Below are positions 48,057-57,935 of a DNA stretch of 64,000 nt, in pieces. The position numbers and the translations under genes are program-made. The stretch is from an uncultured Candidatus Saccharibacteria bacterium. Lineage in GTDB: Bacteria; Patescibacteriota; UBA1384; 2-12-FULL-50-11; DASWYB01. The stretch covers positions 8,993 to 72,992 of the forward strand of contig CAYJRF010000001.1 of assembly GCA_964372935.1 (NCBI GenBank), in the 5' to 3' direction. The number at the start of each line of letters is the position of its first letter. The stretch's first letter is position 1. Below the pieces are notes generated by a model, which ran no database searches, was not told the origin of the DNA, and saw nothing but the letters and a program-made list of their open reading frames with translations.

Positions 48057-48625
48057 ACCCCCGTTTGGGCTTTAGTATTATTGAAGTTTTAGCCGCGACG
48101 GTGATGGTGGCAACCTTAACTGGCGGGGTGTTGGCCGTGGTAACGGGTGTCACTCGCGCCACGGCCATGGCCGAACGACGGGTGGTGGCGGCTCAACTGG
48201 CTCGCGAGGGGATAGAAGCGGCGCGTCAAATTCGCGATCATAACATCACTCTTGACGCGGCGTGCGCCAGAAGCGATAACGCGTGCGCCAGCTGGGACGC
48301 CGGTATTTTAGGTCCTGACCAATCTAGCCAGTTTCGGGTGGTAACGGAGACCGATTTCGGCTTTCTGTTATCCGAACCGGCCAATGAGGGGGGGTGCCTA
48401 ATGGCGGCGGCGATTGAGTTGAATCGCGTCATTTATTGTCGGCGGCTGTTTGTTGAGCTCACGGCGCCGTCGTCTGGAAGAGTTCGTGTTCGATCTCAAG
48501 TTGTTTGGCTCGGCGACAACCGAAACGTCTTTCAGTGGCCGCAGGCGACTTGCCGACCCGACAATCAGGCGACTGAATGGTGCCTCGAAAACACGGGCAT
48601 TCTGACTGATTGGGCGGCGCCGTGA
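48047..48625 (+). CDS. Pseudopilin/minor pilin
   Basis: N-terminal ...LGFSIIEVLAATVMVA prepilin motif. Confidence 0.65.
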   Translation: MSMNPRLGFSIIEVLAATVMVATLTGGVLAVVTGVTRATAMAERRVVAAQLAREGIEAARQIRDHNITLDAACARSDNACASWDAGILGPDQSSQFRVVTETDFGFLLSEPANEGGCLMAAAIELNRVIYCRRLFVELTAPSSGRVRVRSQVVWLGDNRNVFQWPQATCRPDNQATEWCLENTGILTDWAAP

Positions 48626-49380
48626 AACGACGACTTTCGGGGTACACCCTTATTGAGCTTCTGGCGGCGCTGGCGATTTTTTCTGGTCTGATGGTGGCGG
48701 TGTTGTCTGTGCTTCCGCCATTGGCAAAATCCAATCGGCAAAGTCGCGCCACCGCTGGCGGTGTGGCCGCGGCGCAAACGACGCTGGAAACCATGGCGCG
48801 GGCGATTGCGCGGTCCGAGGTGGTGGACGGCGTTTGGCAAGACAACCAATGTTATTATCTTCGCGGCTTTTACCTTATGAACGCTAACGATCAGCCAGTC
48901 ATTTTGCCCGTTGGTCGGGTGGTGGTGGCGGCGGCGGATCGCGCTTTGGTAACTATGACGCGAGAAACCGCCTTCGACCCCGACCTTGGGGGGGAATATC
49001 CCCGCTGGATACGGCGTACGTACCGAATTGACCGCAAGGCGATGGTCGAGGAAACGCAAATTATGACCCAGCCGCCAACGGCCTGCCAGCAGGTCGGCGT
49101 GGCCACCAATTGGGGCAAAAAAACGTCTCGGTCGCTCACGGCTGCTGATGTTATTGTGCGGTCGTTTACAGTCAGAATGGCGCCGCCATTCCTGGGACAG
49201 GTAAAGCGGCGAAGTTCGTCAACGGGATATGTCTTTGAGCCGGTAGCTCGTTTGGCGCCGTTCGCCACCATTCGACTGACGGTAGGCATCAAACCATCGG
49301 CGGCGATTTTGGCCGAACCGATCACCCTGCAAACCACAATAACCCCTCTGGTAACATTAGGCGGGACAAATGACTTTTAA
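48610..49380 (+). CDS. Pseudopilin/minor pilin
   Basis: N-terminal ...SGYTLIELLAALAIFSG prepilin motif. Confidence 0.65.
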   Translation: MGGAVKRRLSGYTLIELLAALAIFSGLMVAVLSVLPPLAKSNRQSRATAGGVAAAQTTLETMARAIARSEVVDGVWQDNQCYYLRGFYLMNANDQPVILPVGRVVVAAADRALVTMTRETAFDPDLGGEYPRWIRRTYRIDRKAMVEETQIMTQPPTACQQVGVATNWGKKTSRSLTAADVIVRSFTVRMAPPFLGQVKRRSSSTGYVFEPVARLAPFATIRLTVGIKPSAAILAEPITLQTTITPLVTLGGTNDF

Positions 49381-50317
49381 GGCTTCAGCCGTTCTGTTTA
49401 TGGTCTTAATTGTCGCCGGAGTAACCGCTCTGGCGTTGGGGATGGCTCAATTATTGCCGGGCGACTTGCGACAAAGTTTGAGCGCCGAATCGGCCCTGCG
49501 GGCCGAAGAGGCGGCGCGTTCCGGGCTTGAGATTGGATTGCAACACCTCCGAACGGCGGGGAAGACTGAATGGCAGGCCAGTCGTGAGCCGGACAACGTT
49601 AACGGGGTGAATTGCGTCATAGTCAGAACCGCCGGGGAGTGTCGAGGGGTTGACCGATTGACTGGATTGGCCGACGATGTGACGCCAAACTTGGTTGATG
49701 ACTTGGCGGACGACAAACTAACCGTCGAGCTGGCGGAATGGTTTCAGCCGTTGACGGGGAATTATCCAGGCGCGATGCTAGGCGATTATCTCGACGCCGC
49801 CACTAACGCTTTCCCGTGGGCGGCCAATCGCAATCCCCGTTTAGAGCGCGACGACACTCGCGTGCTGGCCGTGCCGTTATCGGCGAGTTTAGTGCTCTAT
49901 TGGCAGCCCGAGCCGTCGTCTTGCCGGATGAGTGACGTCGCAATCAAAACGCAAGCGGTACTACTGGTGTCCCAATTCGATCAAGATGGTGTGGTTCTTA
50001 GCCGCGATATCAGTCACGCGACCACCGCAGACGTCCAAACTTACTCTTTTACAACTGATTCCCGGGCCGTTTATCTGACGGTGAGTTTTCTGGCGACACG
50101 TCCCGACGAACCAACTCTAAGTGGCTGTTTTGCTCGATACGCCCTTGCCCCGACCGCTGGGCGGCTCCCGCTTAACACCGGCGCGATGATCATCCGCTCG
50201 AAGGGTAAATATCTCGACACGACGCGGCAATGGCAACTCATTGTCGAGCGAGAGATTCCGACGGTGTTACCGATTTTTTCCTATGGTTTAGTTTGTCAAA
50301 CGTGCGCAGGGTTATGA
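49370..50317 (+). CDS. PilX-like minor pilin (no canonical cleavage motif)
   Basis: N-terminal hydrophobic helix MTFKASAVLFMVLIVAGVTALALG, then a Cys-containing beta domain; last gene of the pilin block. Confidence 0.4.
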   Translation: MTFKASAVLFMVLIVAGVTALALGMAQLLPGDLRQSLSAESALRAEEAARSGLEIGLQHLRTAGKTEWQASREPDNVNGVNCVIVRTAGECRGVDRLTGLADDVTPNLVDDLADDKLTVELAEWFQPLTGNYPGAMLGDYLDAATNAFPWAANRNPRLERDDTRVLAVPLSASLVLYWQPEPSSCRMSDVAIKTQAVLLVSQFDQDGVVLSRDISHATTADVQTYSFTTDSRAVYLTVSFLATRPDEPTLSGCFARYALAPTAGRLPLNTGAMIIRSKGKYLDTTRQWQLIVEREIPTVLPIFSYGLVCQTCAGL

Positions 50318-50387
50318 TATCTCTGTTCAAACATCGGGGAAACAGCGAGTTGTCCCTGATGGCGTTTTGTTTTATACTGGCGTGGTA

Positions 50388-50822
50388 ATGAATGCGCCAT
50401 CTTCTTACGTCGTGTTCGCCGACGGTGGCTCGCGCGGCAACCCGGGTCCGGCGGCGTATGGATATGTTGTTTTCCATCCTGATGGCCGGGTCGTGGCCGA
50501 AAAAAGCTGTTATTTGGGCGTCCTGACCAACAATCAAGCGGAATATCGGGGAATCGTCGCCGCTCTCGAAGAACTGGCCAATCTGGAAGTTAATCAGCCG
50601 GTGATTTGCAAACTTGACAGCGAGTTGGTCGTCCGTCAGATTACCGGCGTTTACAAAACCAAAAACGCCGCTCTGCGTCCCTGGCTGGATCGCATTCGTA
50701 TAGCAGTCCGATCGTTAGGTGTCGCAGTTCAATTTGTTCATGTGCCGCGGCGCGACAATCGTTACGCCGATAAATTAGTTAACGACGCTCTCGATGGCCA
50801 GGAAAGGATCGCCGGTGATTGA
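50388..50822 (+). CDS. rnhA: Ribonuclease HI
   Basis: VVFADGGSRGNPGPAAYGYV and NNQAEYRGIVAALEEL motifs of RNase H type 1; start at ATG 50388. Confidence 0.8.
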   Translation: MNAPSSYVVFADGGSRGNPGPAAYGYVVFHPDGRVVAEKSCYLGVLTNNQAEYRGIVAALEELANLEVNQPVICKLDSELVVRQITGVYKTKNAALRPWLDRIRIAVRSLGVAVQFVHVPRRDNRYADKLVNDALDGQERIAGD

Positions 50823-53721
50823 CTTAGCCCGTGAGCTTCCGCAAATCGAAGCCGACATTCTGGAGTTTTGGCGCCGACGGAACATCCCCTCAAAAGTGAT
50901 GGCGGCCCGACACGGTGGCCCGCCATTTGTGTTTTACGACGGCCCGCCGTTCGCCACCGGTCTGCCGCACTACGGCCACATTCTTCAGATGGCGATTAAA
51001 GACGCTGTTTTGCGCTATAAGACGATGGAGGGCTTTGCGGTGCCGAGGAAAATCGGTTGGGACACCCACGGCTTGCCGGTGGAATACGAGCTCGAAAAAG
51101 AATTAGGTCTCGCTGGGAAAGGAGCAATCGAGGCCTACGGTATTGACCGGTTTGTGACGGCGGCGCGGGCGATTGTCTTGCGTTACACCGATCAATGGCA
51201 AAAAACCATGGAACGGATGGGGCGGTTGGTTGACACCGCCAAACCATATACGACGATGGATAACGATTACATCGAGTCGGTCTGGTGGGGTTTTGCCACC
51301 CTCTACGATAAGGGGCTGATTTATCAAGATTATCGGGTCGGCCCGTACTGCCCAAGGTGCGGCACGGTCTTGTCTAATTTTGAAGTCAATTTGGGGTACA
51401 AAGAGACCGAGGCGGAAAGTATCACCATTAGTGTCCCGATTACCACGGCTGGCCGGTTTAAGGATGCTCGCCTTGTGGCGTGGACCACGACGCCCTGGAC
51501 TTTGCCGGCCAATGTCGCTTTGGCCGTGGCGGCCGAGGCCTGGTATGTGGTGTGCGCGGCGGCGGGTCGTCGCTATATTATGGCCGAAGGACGAAAATCG
51601 GCTGTTCTGGACAATGCCGTGATCGAAGGGAAGTTTCGGGGGCATGAACTGGTTGGTCTCAATTACGCTCCAATTTATGACCTTGCCAACGACTCGACGG
51701 CGTATCGCGTCGTGGCCGGTCACCATGTTGATATTGACGAAGGCACCGGGATTGTCCATATCGCCCCGGCTTATGGCGAGGACGATGCCGAGCTGGCGAA
51801 AAATGCCGGTCTGCCCATGATCCAAACGGTTGAATCGGACGGCACAATTACTGTTGGACGGCACATTCCCGGCGAAGGAGAGTTTGTCAAACGGGCGGAT
51901 AAGGCAATCATTGCCGACTTGAGCCAGCGGCAGTTGTTGGTTCAACAGTCAAAACTGCGCCACACCTATCCGTTTTGCTGGCGGTGCGACTCGCCCCTGT
52001 TGTATTATCCGGCCGCTTCGTGGTACCTTCGCGTCTCGGAATTAAAAGACACCTTGGTGGCAGAGAACGGCAAAATTAATTGGCAGCCGGAGCATCTCGG
52101 CACTGGCCGGTTTGGCCGCTGGCTTGAAGGCGCGCGCGATTGGGCCATCTCCCGCGAGCGTTATTGGGGCGCGCCGTTGCCGGTGTGGGAGTGCTCAAAT
52201 AAGGCACACCCCCTCCCGGTGCGTCAAGTAATTGGCTCGCGGGCCGCGCTGGCCCAAGCGGCCGTCAATCCCAAAGATCTGCCGAGCGATCTCCATCGGC
52301 CGTATATTGACGCCGTCCGCTTGACTTGTCCCGACTGCCGGCAGCCAATGGAGCGCGTGCCGCAGGTGTTTGACTGTTGGTTCGAGAGCGGTTCGATGCC
52401 GTACGCCCAGCACCACTATCCTTTCGAATCAGACGAGCGATTTGACCCAAAATCGGGCCGCGGCTATCCGGCTGACTTCATTGCCGAAGCCCTCGACCAA
52501 ACCCGCGGCTGGTTTTATACCCTTCACGTTCTTGGGGTGGCGCTGTTCCGGCAACGGGCATTCAACAACGTGGTGGTGAGCGGGTTGATTTTGGCGGCCG
52601 ACGGCCGCAAATTGGCCAAGCGTCTCCGTAATTATACCGACCCGGAAGTTATGTTCGACCAGCAAGGTTCCGACGCTCTGCGACTGTTTTTCTTCACCAA
52701 CACCGCTCTCGGCGAGGATTACCGTTTTTCCGATTCCGCCGTTCATGAAGGTCGCCGACGCTGGATCGCCCCCCTGTTGCATTGTCTCGCCTACTACCAC
52801 ATGAGTTTGTCGTCGCGAGATCAAAAGACGGAAACGGTGCCGGCCCATAGCGCCCTCGACGCGTGGATCAAAGCTCGGGTAGCCGAAGCACGCGCCTCAA
52901 TCGCTCGGGCAATGTCGTCTTATGGCCATCATAGTCCGTTCGATCTCGTTGCCGCTTGTCGGACGTTCGGGCCGTTGGTTGAAGATCTGTCGACTTGGTA
53001 TATTCGTCTCTCGCGTGGACGGCGCGACCCGGCGTTCACCGCCACCCTTCAAGATTGTTTTATCATGATGGCGCGCTCTTTTGCCCCGTTCTTGCCATTC
53101 CTGTCCGAGGCTGTCTACCAGAGCGTCAACAAAGACGGACTCGAATCGGTCCATTTGGAGCTGGCGCCGGACCTGTCTTCCTGGGAAAATGCGGCGATAT
53201 TAGATGCGATGCGTCAAGCTCGCGGCATTGTCGCCGTCGGACGGGAGTTGCGCTCCGGGGCCGGAATCCCTCTCCGTCAGCCTCTTGATTGTGTGACGAT
53301 TGTCAGTCCGACACCGATTGACTCGGCGATTTTAGGCCTGATTGGTCAGGAATTGCAGGTGACTCGGGTTGTTCCCGCTCGCCAGCTCGCGGACGGGTCG
53401 CTTAGGGGTAAAACAGGCAATATCGCGGTCGGACTAGACCCGACAATCACCCCGTCGCTTCGCGCTAAAGGCGCGGCCAACTTGGCGCGTCGGGCCATTC
53501 AAGACCTGCGCAAACAACTTCAATTACATCCCGACGATGTTGTCTCGGTGTATGTTACCGGCTTGACGAAGACGGCGCGCGACTGTCTTGCCCAGCAGCT
53601 TCACCACACGCGACTCCTTGCCGTCATGCCCGATGTCCCCGTTTTAGGCCAAACGCGGGCTACGGACAACGACGCCGTTTACGAGATTCAACTTTATCGC
53701 TCCAACGATGTCCCGTCTTAA
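50794..53721 (+). CDS. ileS: Isoleucyl-tRNA synthetase, eukaryote/archaea-like type 2
   Basis: PPFATGLPHYGH (HIGH-type), WTTTPWTLPAN editing-domain hallmark and a zinc-binding CxxC region. The start overlaps the rnhA 3' end; alternative GTG at 50815. Confidence 0.85.
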   Translation: MARKGSPVIDLARELPQIEADILEFWRRRNIPSKVMAARHGGPPFVFYDGPPFATGLPHYGHILQMAIKDAVLRYKTMEGFAVPRKIGWDTHGLPVEYELEKELGLAGKGAIEAYGIDRFVTAARAIVLRYTDQWQKTMERMGRLVDTAKPYTTMDNDYIESVWWGFATLYDKGLIYQDYRVGPYCPRCGTVLSNFEVNLGYKETEAESITISVPITTAGRFKDARLVAWTTTPWTLPANVALAVAAEAWYVVCAAAGRRYIMAEGRKSAVLDNAVIEGKFRGHELVGLNYAPIYDLANDSTAYRVVAGHHVDIDEGTGIVHIAPAYGEDDAELAKNAGLPMIQTVESDGTITVGRHIPGEGEFVKRADKAIIADLSQRQLLVQQSKLRHTYPFCWRCDSPLLYYPAASWYLRVSELKDTLVAENGKINWQPEHLGTGRFGRWLEGARDWAISRERYWGAPLPVWECSNKAHPLPVRQVIGSRAALAQAAVNPKDLPSDLHRPYIDAVRLTCPDCRQPMERVPQVFDCWFESGSMPYAQHHYPFESDERFDPKSGRGYPADFIAEALDQTRGWFYTLHVLGVALFRQRAFNNVVVSGLILAADGRKLAKRLRNYTDPEVMFDQQGSDALRLFFFTNTALGEDYRFSDSAVHEGRRRWIAPLLHCLAYYHMSLSSRDQKTETVPAHSALDAWIKARVAEARASIARAMSSYGHHSPFDLVAACRTFGPLVEDLSTWYIRLSRGRRDPAFTATLQDCFIMMARSFAPFLPFLSEAVYQSVNKDGLESVHLELAPDLSSWENAAILDAMRQARGIVAVGRELRSGAGIPLRQPLDCVTIVSPTPIDSAILGLIGQELQVTRVVPARQLADGSLRGKTGNIAVGLDPTITPSLRAKGAANLARRAIQDLRKQLQLHPDDVVSVYVTGLTKTARDCLAQQLHHTRLLAVMPDVPVLGQTRATDNDAVYEIQLYRSNDVPS

Positions 53722-54814
53722 GACGTTTGATTGGTCGTTCGTCGTCGTGCCTTTCATCCTGTCGGTTATCAGCGTTGCGACCATATATACGATTACTTAC
53801 GCCGGCGTGGGCGCCCGCTTGGCCATCAGTCAAACCGTCTTCGTTGCCATTGGATTTGTTCTCATGGGCCTGTTCACTTTGATGGACTACCGCCGAGTAA
53901 AAATCATCGCCTGGCCGATGTTTGTCGTCGGCTTGATTTTGCTTCTCCCGCTCCTGCCGTTTTGGTCGAGCCGCCTGCCATTCGTGGTCTGTTCCTTCAA
54001 CGCCTGTCGTTGGTTGGATTTTAAGATATTCCATTTTCAAACAGGCGAATCATTCAAGCTATTGGTGACGATTCTTTTTGCGGCTTTCCTGTCCGAGCGG
54101 GCGGGTCGGGCGGTATGGTGGCACGCCCTGATTTATCTGACGATTCTTGTAATACCGGTGGCAATGATTGCCGAACAACCCGATCTCGGAACGGCCGTGG
54201 TGGTGTTGGTGTGCGGCTTAACGGTGTTGCTTCTTAGCCGCTTTCCGTGGTGGTTGTGGGCCGGATTATTGACCCTAGCCCTGATTGTCGCGCCGGTTGG
54301 TTGGCAACGCCTTAAGAGTTACCAGCGTCAGCGGGTGGAAGTGTTTTTGAACCCCCGCCACGATTTGAGTAAAACGGGTTACAATGTCCGTCAAGCCGAA
54401 ATCGCCGTGGGGAGTGGCGGACTGTTCGGTCGCGGCTTTGGGCAGGGGAGTCAAAGCCAGCTCAATTTTTTGCCAGTTGCCCACACAGATTTTATTTTTT
54501 CCGGTTACGCCGAAGCCACCGGTTATGTCGGTACGACGTTTCTCATCGGCGCCTATGTTTTCTTGGTTTGGCGCGCCCTGCGCGTTGCCGAGTTGGCGAA
54601 AGATGCCTTCGGACGTTATCTCGCCGTCGGTATCGCGGCGATGATCGGGGTTCAGGTTCTGGTCAATATCGGCATGAATATTCGGCTGGTGCCGGTGACG
54701 GGCATTCCGTTGCCGTTCATGTCTTACGGCGGCACGGCGCTGTTTGTCGCTATGCTGTCGGTGGGGCTGCTCCAAAGTATCGCTATTCGGCATAAAAAGA
54801 TCAGTTTTGGTTGA
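53708..54814 (+). CDS. rodA: SEDS-family protein RodA-like
   Basis: Second SEDS paralogue with 10 TM helices and conserved FLPVAHTDFIFS and IPLPFMSYGGT segments; lies outside the dcw cluster. Confidence 0.75.
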   Translation: MSRLKTFDWSFVVVPFILSVISVATIYTITYAGVGARLAISQTVFVAIGFVLMGLFTLMDYRRVKIIAWPMFVVGLILLLPLLPFWSSRLPFVVCSFNACRWLDFKIFHFQTGESFKLLVTILFAAFLSERAGRAVWWHALIYLTILVIPVAMIAEQPDLGTAVVVLVCGLTVLLLSRFPWWLWAGLLTLALIVAPVGWQRLKSYQRQRVEVFLNPRHDLSKTGYNVRQAEIAVGSGGLFGRGFGQGSQSQLNFLPVAHTDFIFSGYAEATGYVGTTFLIGAYVFLVWRALRVAELAKDAFGRYLAVGIAAMIGVQVLVNIGMNIRLVPVTGIPLPFMSYGGTALFVAMLSVGLLQSIAIRHKKISFG

Positions 54815-54868
54815 CGAGCGGCATGGATGTTGGTACAATTTACATGATTAAATGAGGTGGTGAATAAT

Positions 54869-55198
54869 ATGATTGCCGTGATTGAATCGGGCGGAAAGCA
54901 GTTCTGCGTCCAGCCGGGCGCGACCGTAAAAATCGATCGGATCGTCGCGCCAGCCGGGGAAACGATAACGTTTCCCGATCTTTTGGGCGGCGGCGTGATC
55001 ACTGCCACCGTCGTGGAGTCGCGCCTTGCCCCGAAAGTGCGCGTCGCGAAATTTCGTCCCAAAACCCGCTATCGTCGTTGGCGGGGTCATCGCCAGCCCA
55101 TAACCTTAATTCGGATTAGCGACCCAACGCCCGATACCTCGGCAAAGCGACAACCGACTCGGCGCGTTCCCCCCAAAACTGTCAAGGAGTTGAAGTAA
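54869..55198 (+). CDS. rplU: 50S ribosomal protein L21
   Basis: MIAVIESGGKQFCVQPGATVKIDRI... matches the L21 N-terminus (MYAVIxxGGKQ); start at ATG 54869. Confidence 0.75.
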   Translation: MIAVIESGGKQFCVQPGATVKIDRIVAPAGETITFPDLLGGGVITATVVESRLAPKVRVAKFRPKTRYRRWRGHRQPITLIRISDPTPDTSAKRQPTRRVPPKTVKELK

Positions 55199-55405
55199 AT
55201 GCGGTTTGTTGCCACGGGATTGAATTTCGTAGTAAATTATCTTCAGACAGCTTATCGCGAGTTTCGCCAAGTAACTTGGCCGACCCGCGACGCGGTCATG
55301 CGCTACACGGTTTTAGTTGTCGTGGCGGTTGTTGTCAGCGTCCTGATTTTAATCGCGTTTGATTACGGCATGCAGCAGTTGTCCAATCGTTATATTCTGA
55401 AATAA
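55199..55405 (+). CDS. secE: Preprotein translocase subunit SecE
   Basis: 68 aa with a single C-terminal TM helix and KVTWPT-like motif (VTWPTRDAV); immediately upstream of nusG. Confidence 0.75.
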   Translation: MRFVATGLNFVVNYLQTAYREFRQVTWPTRDAVMRYTVLVVVAVVVSVLILIAFDYGMQQLSNRYILK

Positions 55406-55415
55406 AAGGAGCTTC

Positions 55416-56033
55416 ATGGGTTCTTTTTTGACGGATCACGAATCTTTAGACCAATCAGACCAAGAATTGGTCACGGTTTCGTCATCGGAGAAACTGCTCA
55501 AACAAACTGGCCAGCGCGGATGGTACGCCATCCACACTAACACTGGCTACGAGGATCAGGTGGCCCAAAATCTGAAACAGCGAATAGAATCGTTCGAAAT
55601 GCAGGCGAAAATTTTTAATGTCATCGTGCCAAAAGAAAAAGAGATCGAAATCAAAAATGGCAAGCGTCGCGTGGTGGAAAAAAAAATCTTCCCTAGCTAT
55701 GTTTTGGTCGAGATGATCGTCACCGACGACTCGTGGTATGTCGTTCGCAATACCCCGAATGTGACGGGATTTATCGGTATGGGAGTTCGTCCGACGCCAA
55801 TGTCGGGGCCGGAAATTGACCGAATTTTTAAGCGAATGGGGGTAGAAGAGCCAAAATACAAAGTTGAACTGGCGATCGACGACCTTGTGCGCATCAAGGA
55901 CGGTCCGCTGAAGGGATTCGAAGGGAAAATTACTGAAGTTGATCAAGACAAGGGACGAGTGAAAGTCTTGGTCTCGATGTTTGGTCGAGAAACGCCCGTA
56001 ACCCTCGACTTTCTCCAGGTTGTCAAACTGTAG
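55416..56033 (+). CDS. nusG: Transcription termination/antitermination factor NusG
   Basis: NGN domain (WYAIHTNTGYE) and a C-terminal KOW motif (KDGPLKGFEGKITEV). Confidence 0.85.
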   Translation: MGSFLTDHESLDQSDQELVTVSSSEKLLKQTGQRGWYAIHTNTGYEDQVAQNLKQRIESFEMQAKIFNVIVPKEKEIEIKNGKRRVVEKKIFPSYVLVEMIVTDDSWYVVRNTPNVTGFIGMGVRPTPMSGPEIDRIFKRMGVEEPKYKVELAIDDLVRIKDGPLKGFEGKITEVDQDKGRVKVLVSMFGRETPVTLDFLQVVKL

Positions 56034-56057
56034 GCGCGGGAAGGCGGAGAATATTTT

Positions 56058-56480
56058 ATGGCAAAAGCGATCAAGCAAATTATTAAAGTTCAGGCTCCGG
56101 CTGGCCGAGCGGTGCCCGGCCAATCTCTTGGTCCCGTTCTTGGCGGGGCGGGAATTAATATTATGGAGTTTATCAGTCAGTTCAACGAACGCACCCGTGA
56201 AATGGGCGACACGGTCATCCCGGCCGTGATTACCGTATTTGAAGACAAAACGTGGCGCTTCGTAACTAAAACGCCACCGACTGCCGAGTTAATAAAAAAG
56301 TGTCTCGGCTTAGAGAAAGGGAGTTCTTCGGTCAAGAAACAGAAAATTGGTCGTCTCACCGCGGCTCAAGTGCGGGCGATCGCCGAAACCAAACTGCCCG
56401 ATGTCAACGCCCGCTCGCTTGAGGCGACAGAGGCAATGGTGCGAGGCACCGCCCGTTCCATGGGCGTGGATGTCGAGTAA
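56058..56480 (+). CDS. rplK: 50S ribosomal protein L11
   Basis: IKVQAPAGRAVPGQSLGPVLGGAGINIMEF matches the L11 consensus; follows nusG. Confidence 0.9.
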   Translation: MAKAIKQIIKVQAPAGRAVPGQSLGPVLGGAGINIMEFISQFNERTREMGDTVIPAVITVFEDKTWRFVTKTPPTAELIKKCLGLEKGSSSVKKQKIGRLTAAQVRAIAETKLPDVNARSLEATEAMVRGTARSMGVDVE

Positions 56481-56488
56481 GCTGGCGG

Positions 56489-57739
56489 CTAAACCCAGCT
56501 CTTGAGCCACATATGTTGTCGGTAGAACCACTCGGGAATGGCGAGACCCATGAGCAAGGGGAGAAAATAAATAAAAAACAGTGTCGCGGCGAAAAGTACC
56601 GCCCAAGCCACGACGCGCCATTGCTTGTGCGGCAATAAATAGCGATCAAACATGATACCTAACAGGATCATGAGCGTCAAAGCCGGCACAAAATAGTGAT
56701 AGATAAATTTCACTCGGCTGATAAACGCCCACGGCAAATATAACACCAGGTAGGTAATCGCCAGATAGACATAGGGCTGAAGGTTTCTGTCATGCCGCTT
56801 GGACGAAACAACCGACCGACCGATTAGGCCAAGGGTAAAAATCAGGGCCACCAGCCCGGTGGTCCAGGTGATAATGTTGCCTAGCTCCAAAATGCCAATC
56901 ACCGATTTGCTCTCCGACAACAATTGGAAGTAAAGCCAAATCGGGCGAATCATGAACGCCCAGGTCCACCAGGCCGAGCCGTACGGGTGGGTCGCTTGGA
57001 GAGTGGCGTGATAATTGTAGGCGCTGGTGTGCCACCAAACAATATTTTGCCCCCGCAGAATGTCGGGAATAAATGTCGCCAGATAAACGCAGACCGGCAA
57101 AACCAGAACCCACCATTGCCGCCAGTTAAGCGATTTTCGCTCGAGACGGGGACTGATCCACGACCAAATCACGAAGATCGCCATGACGGCGCCGACGCCA
57201 ACGCCAACCCACTTGACGCTAATGGCCGCGCCATAGGCAATGGCGGCGATGGCGAGTTGGGTTGTTGCTCGGTCCGGCCGCCGCCACCAGCGCCAAAAAA
57301 ACCATAGACTGACGAGAGAAAACAGGGCGAGGTAGATGTTAATCAATCCAATGCGAGATTCTACCAGCGCCATTGGCTCAATGGCCGCGAAATAAAGGGC
57401 GATGATTCCGGCAGACGGTCGCGAAACCAGGTCGGTGGTGAAGGCGTAAATTACCCACAATAACAGCGTGCCGGCGAGGGCGTTCATAATCCGCCAACCG
57501 ATTGGCGAATTGCCGAAAATGGCAATACCGCCGGCAATTATTAGCTTTCCGAGCGGCGGATGGGCGTCATAAAAATCTGTGCCGGAAAGATAGTCGTGGG
57601 CGAAGACAGGGAAGTATATTTCGTCGAACACTTTTTCGTTTGGATGAGTTAAGCCGACCAGGCGAATGGTTAAGGAAATGACCAGAATCGCCCAAGCGAT
57701 TAAATGATACTTTTTCGTCCGGAACAACCGCGTGATCAC
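56489..57739 (-). CDS. GT-C superfamily glycosyltransferase (PMT/ArnT-like, GT39/GT83-type)
   Basis: First extracytoplasmic loop carries FDEIYF (DE motif); about 11 TM helices; convergent on rplK. Confidence 0.65.
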   Translation of the reverse strand: MITRLFRTKKYHLIAWAILVISLTIRLVGLTHPNEKVFDEIYFPVFAHDYLSGTDFYDAHPPLGKLIIAGGIAIFGNSPIGWRIMNALAGTLLLWVIYAFTTDLVSRPSAGIIALYFAAIEPMALVESRIGLINIYLALFSLVSLWFFWRWWRRPDRATTQLAIAAIAYGAAISVKWVGVGVGAVMAIFVIWSWISPRLERKSLNWRQWWVLVLPVCVYLATFIPDILRGQNIVWWHTSAYNYHATLQATHPYGSAWWTWAFMIRPIWLYFQLLSESKSVIGILELGNIITWTTGLVALIFTLGLIGRSVVSSKRHDRNLQPYVYLAITYLVLYLPWAFISRVKFIYHYFVPALTLMILLGIMFDRYLLPHKQWRVVAWAVLFAATLFFIYFLPLLMGLAIPEWFYRQHMWLKSWV

Positions 57740-57786
57740 ACTCTGTATTTAAGCAATGATTGGTTAATTAAACAATGGACAGTTAC

Positions 57787-57821
57787 AAAACCACCCCCGA
57801 GTGAACGGGGGTGGTTTTGTT
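57787..57821. terminator. Symmetric hairpin flanked by A-run and T-run (bidirectional-terminator-like)
   Basis: aaaa-ccacccccg-agtgaa-cgggggtgg-ttttgtt: a 9-bp GC-rich stem with A4 upstream and T4GTT downstream. It sits upstream of the minus-strand GT-C gene and about 370 nt upstream of dprA. Confidence 0.5.
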
Positions 57822-57935
57822 CCCCTCCATTACTTCCTTGCCTCCATAAATGGATTTTTTCGTCCCGAGGTATTTTAACGGGGACGGGCCGTAGGTGTAA
57901 CAGAGAGGGTTCTCGGCCTAAGACAACGCCGAAGG

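Noticed and set aside
51103-51945. 280-aa minus-strand ORF
   Set aside because: Antisense within ileS; no motifs; shadow ORF.
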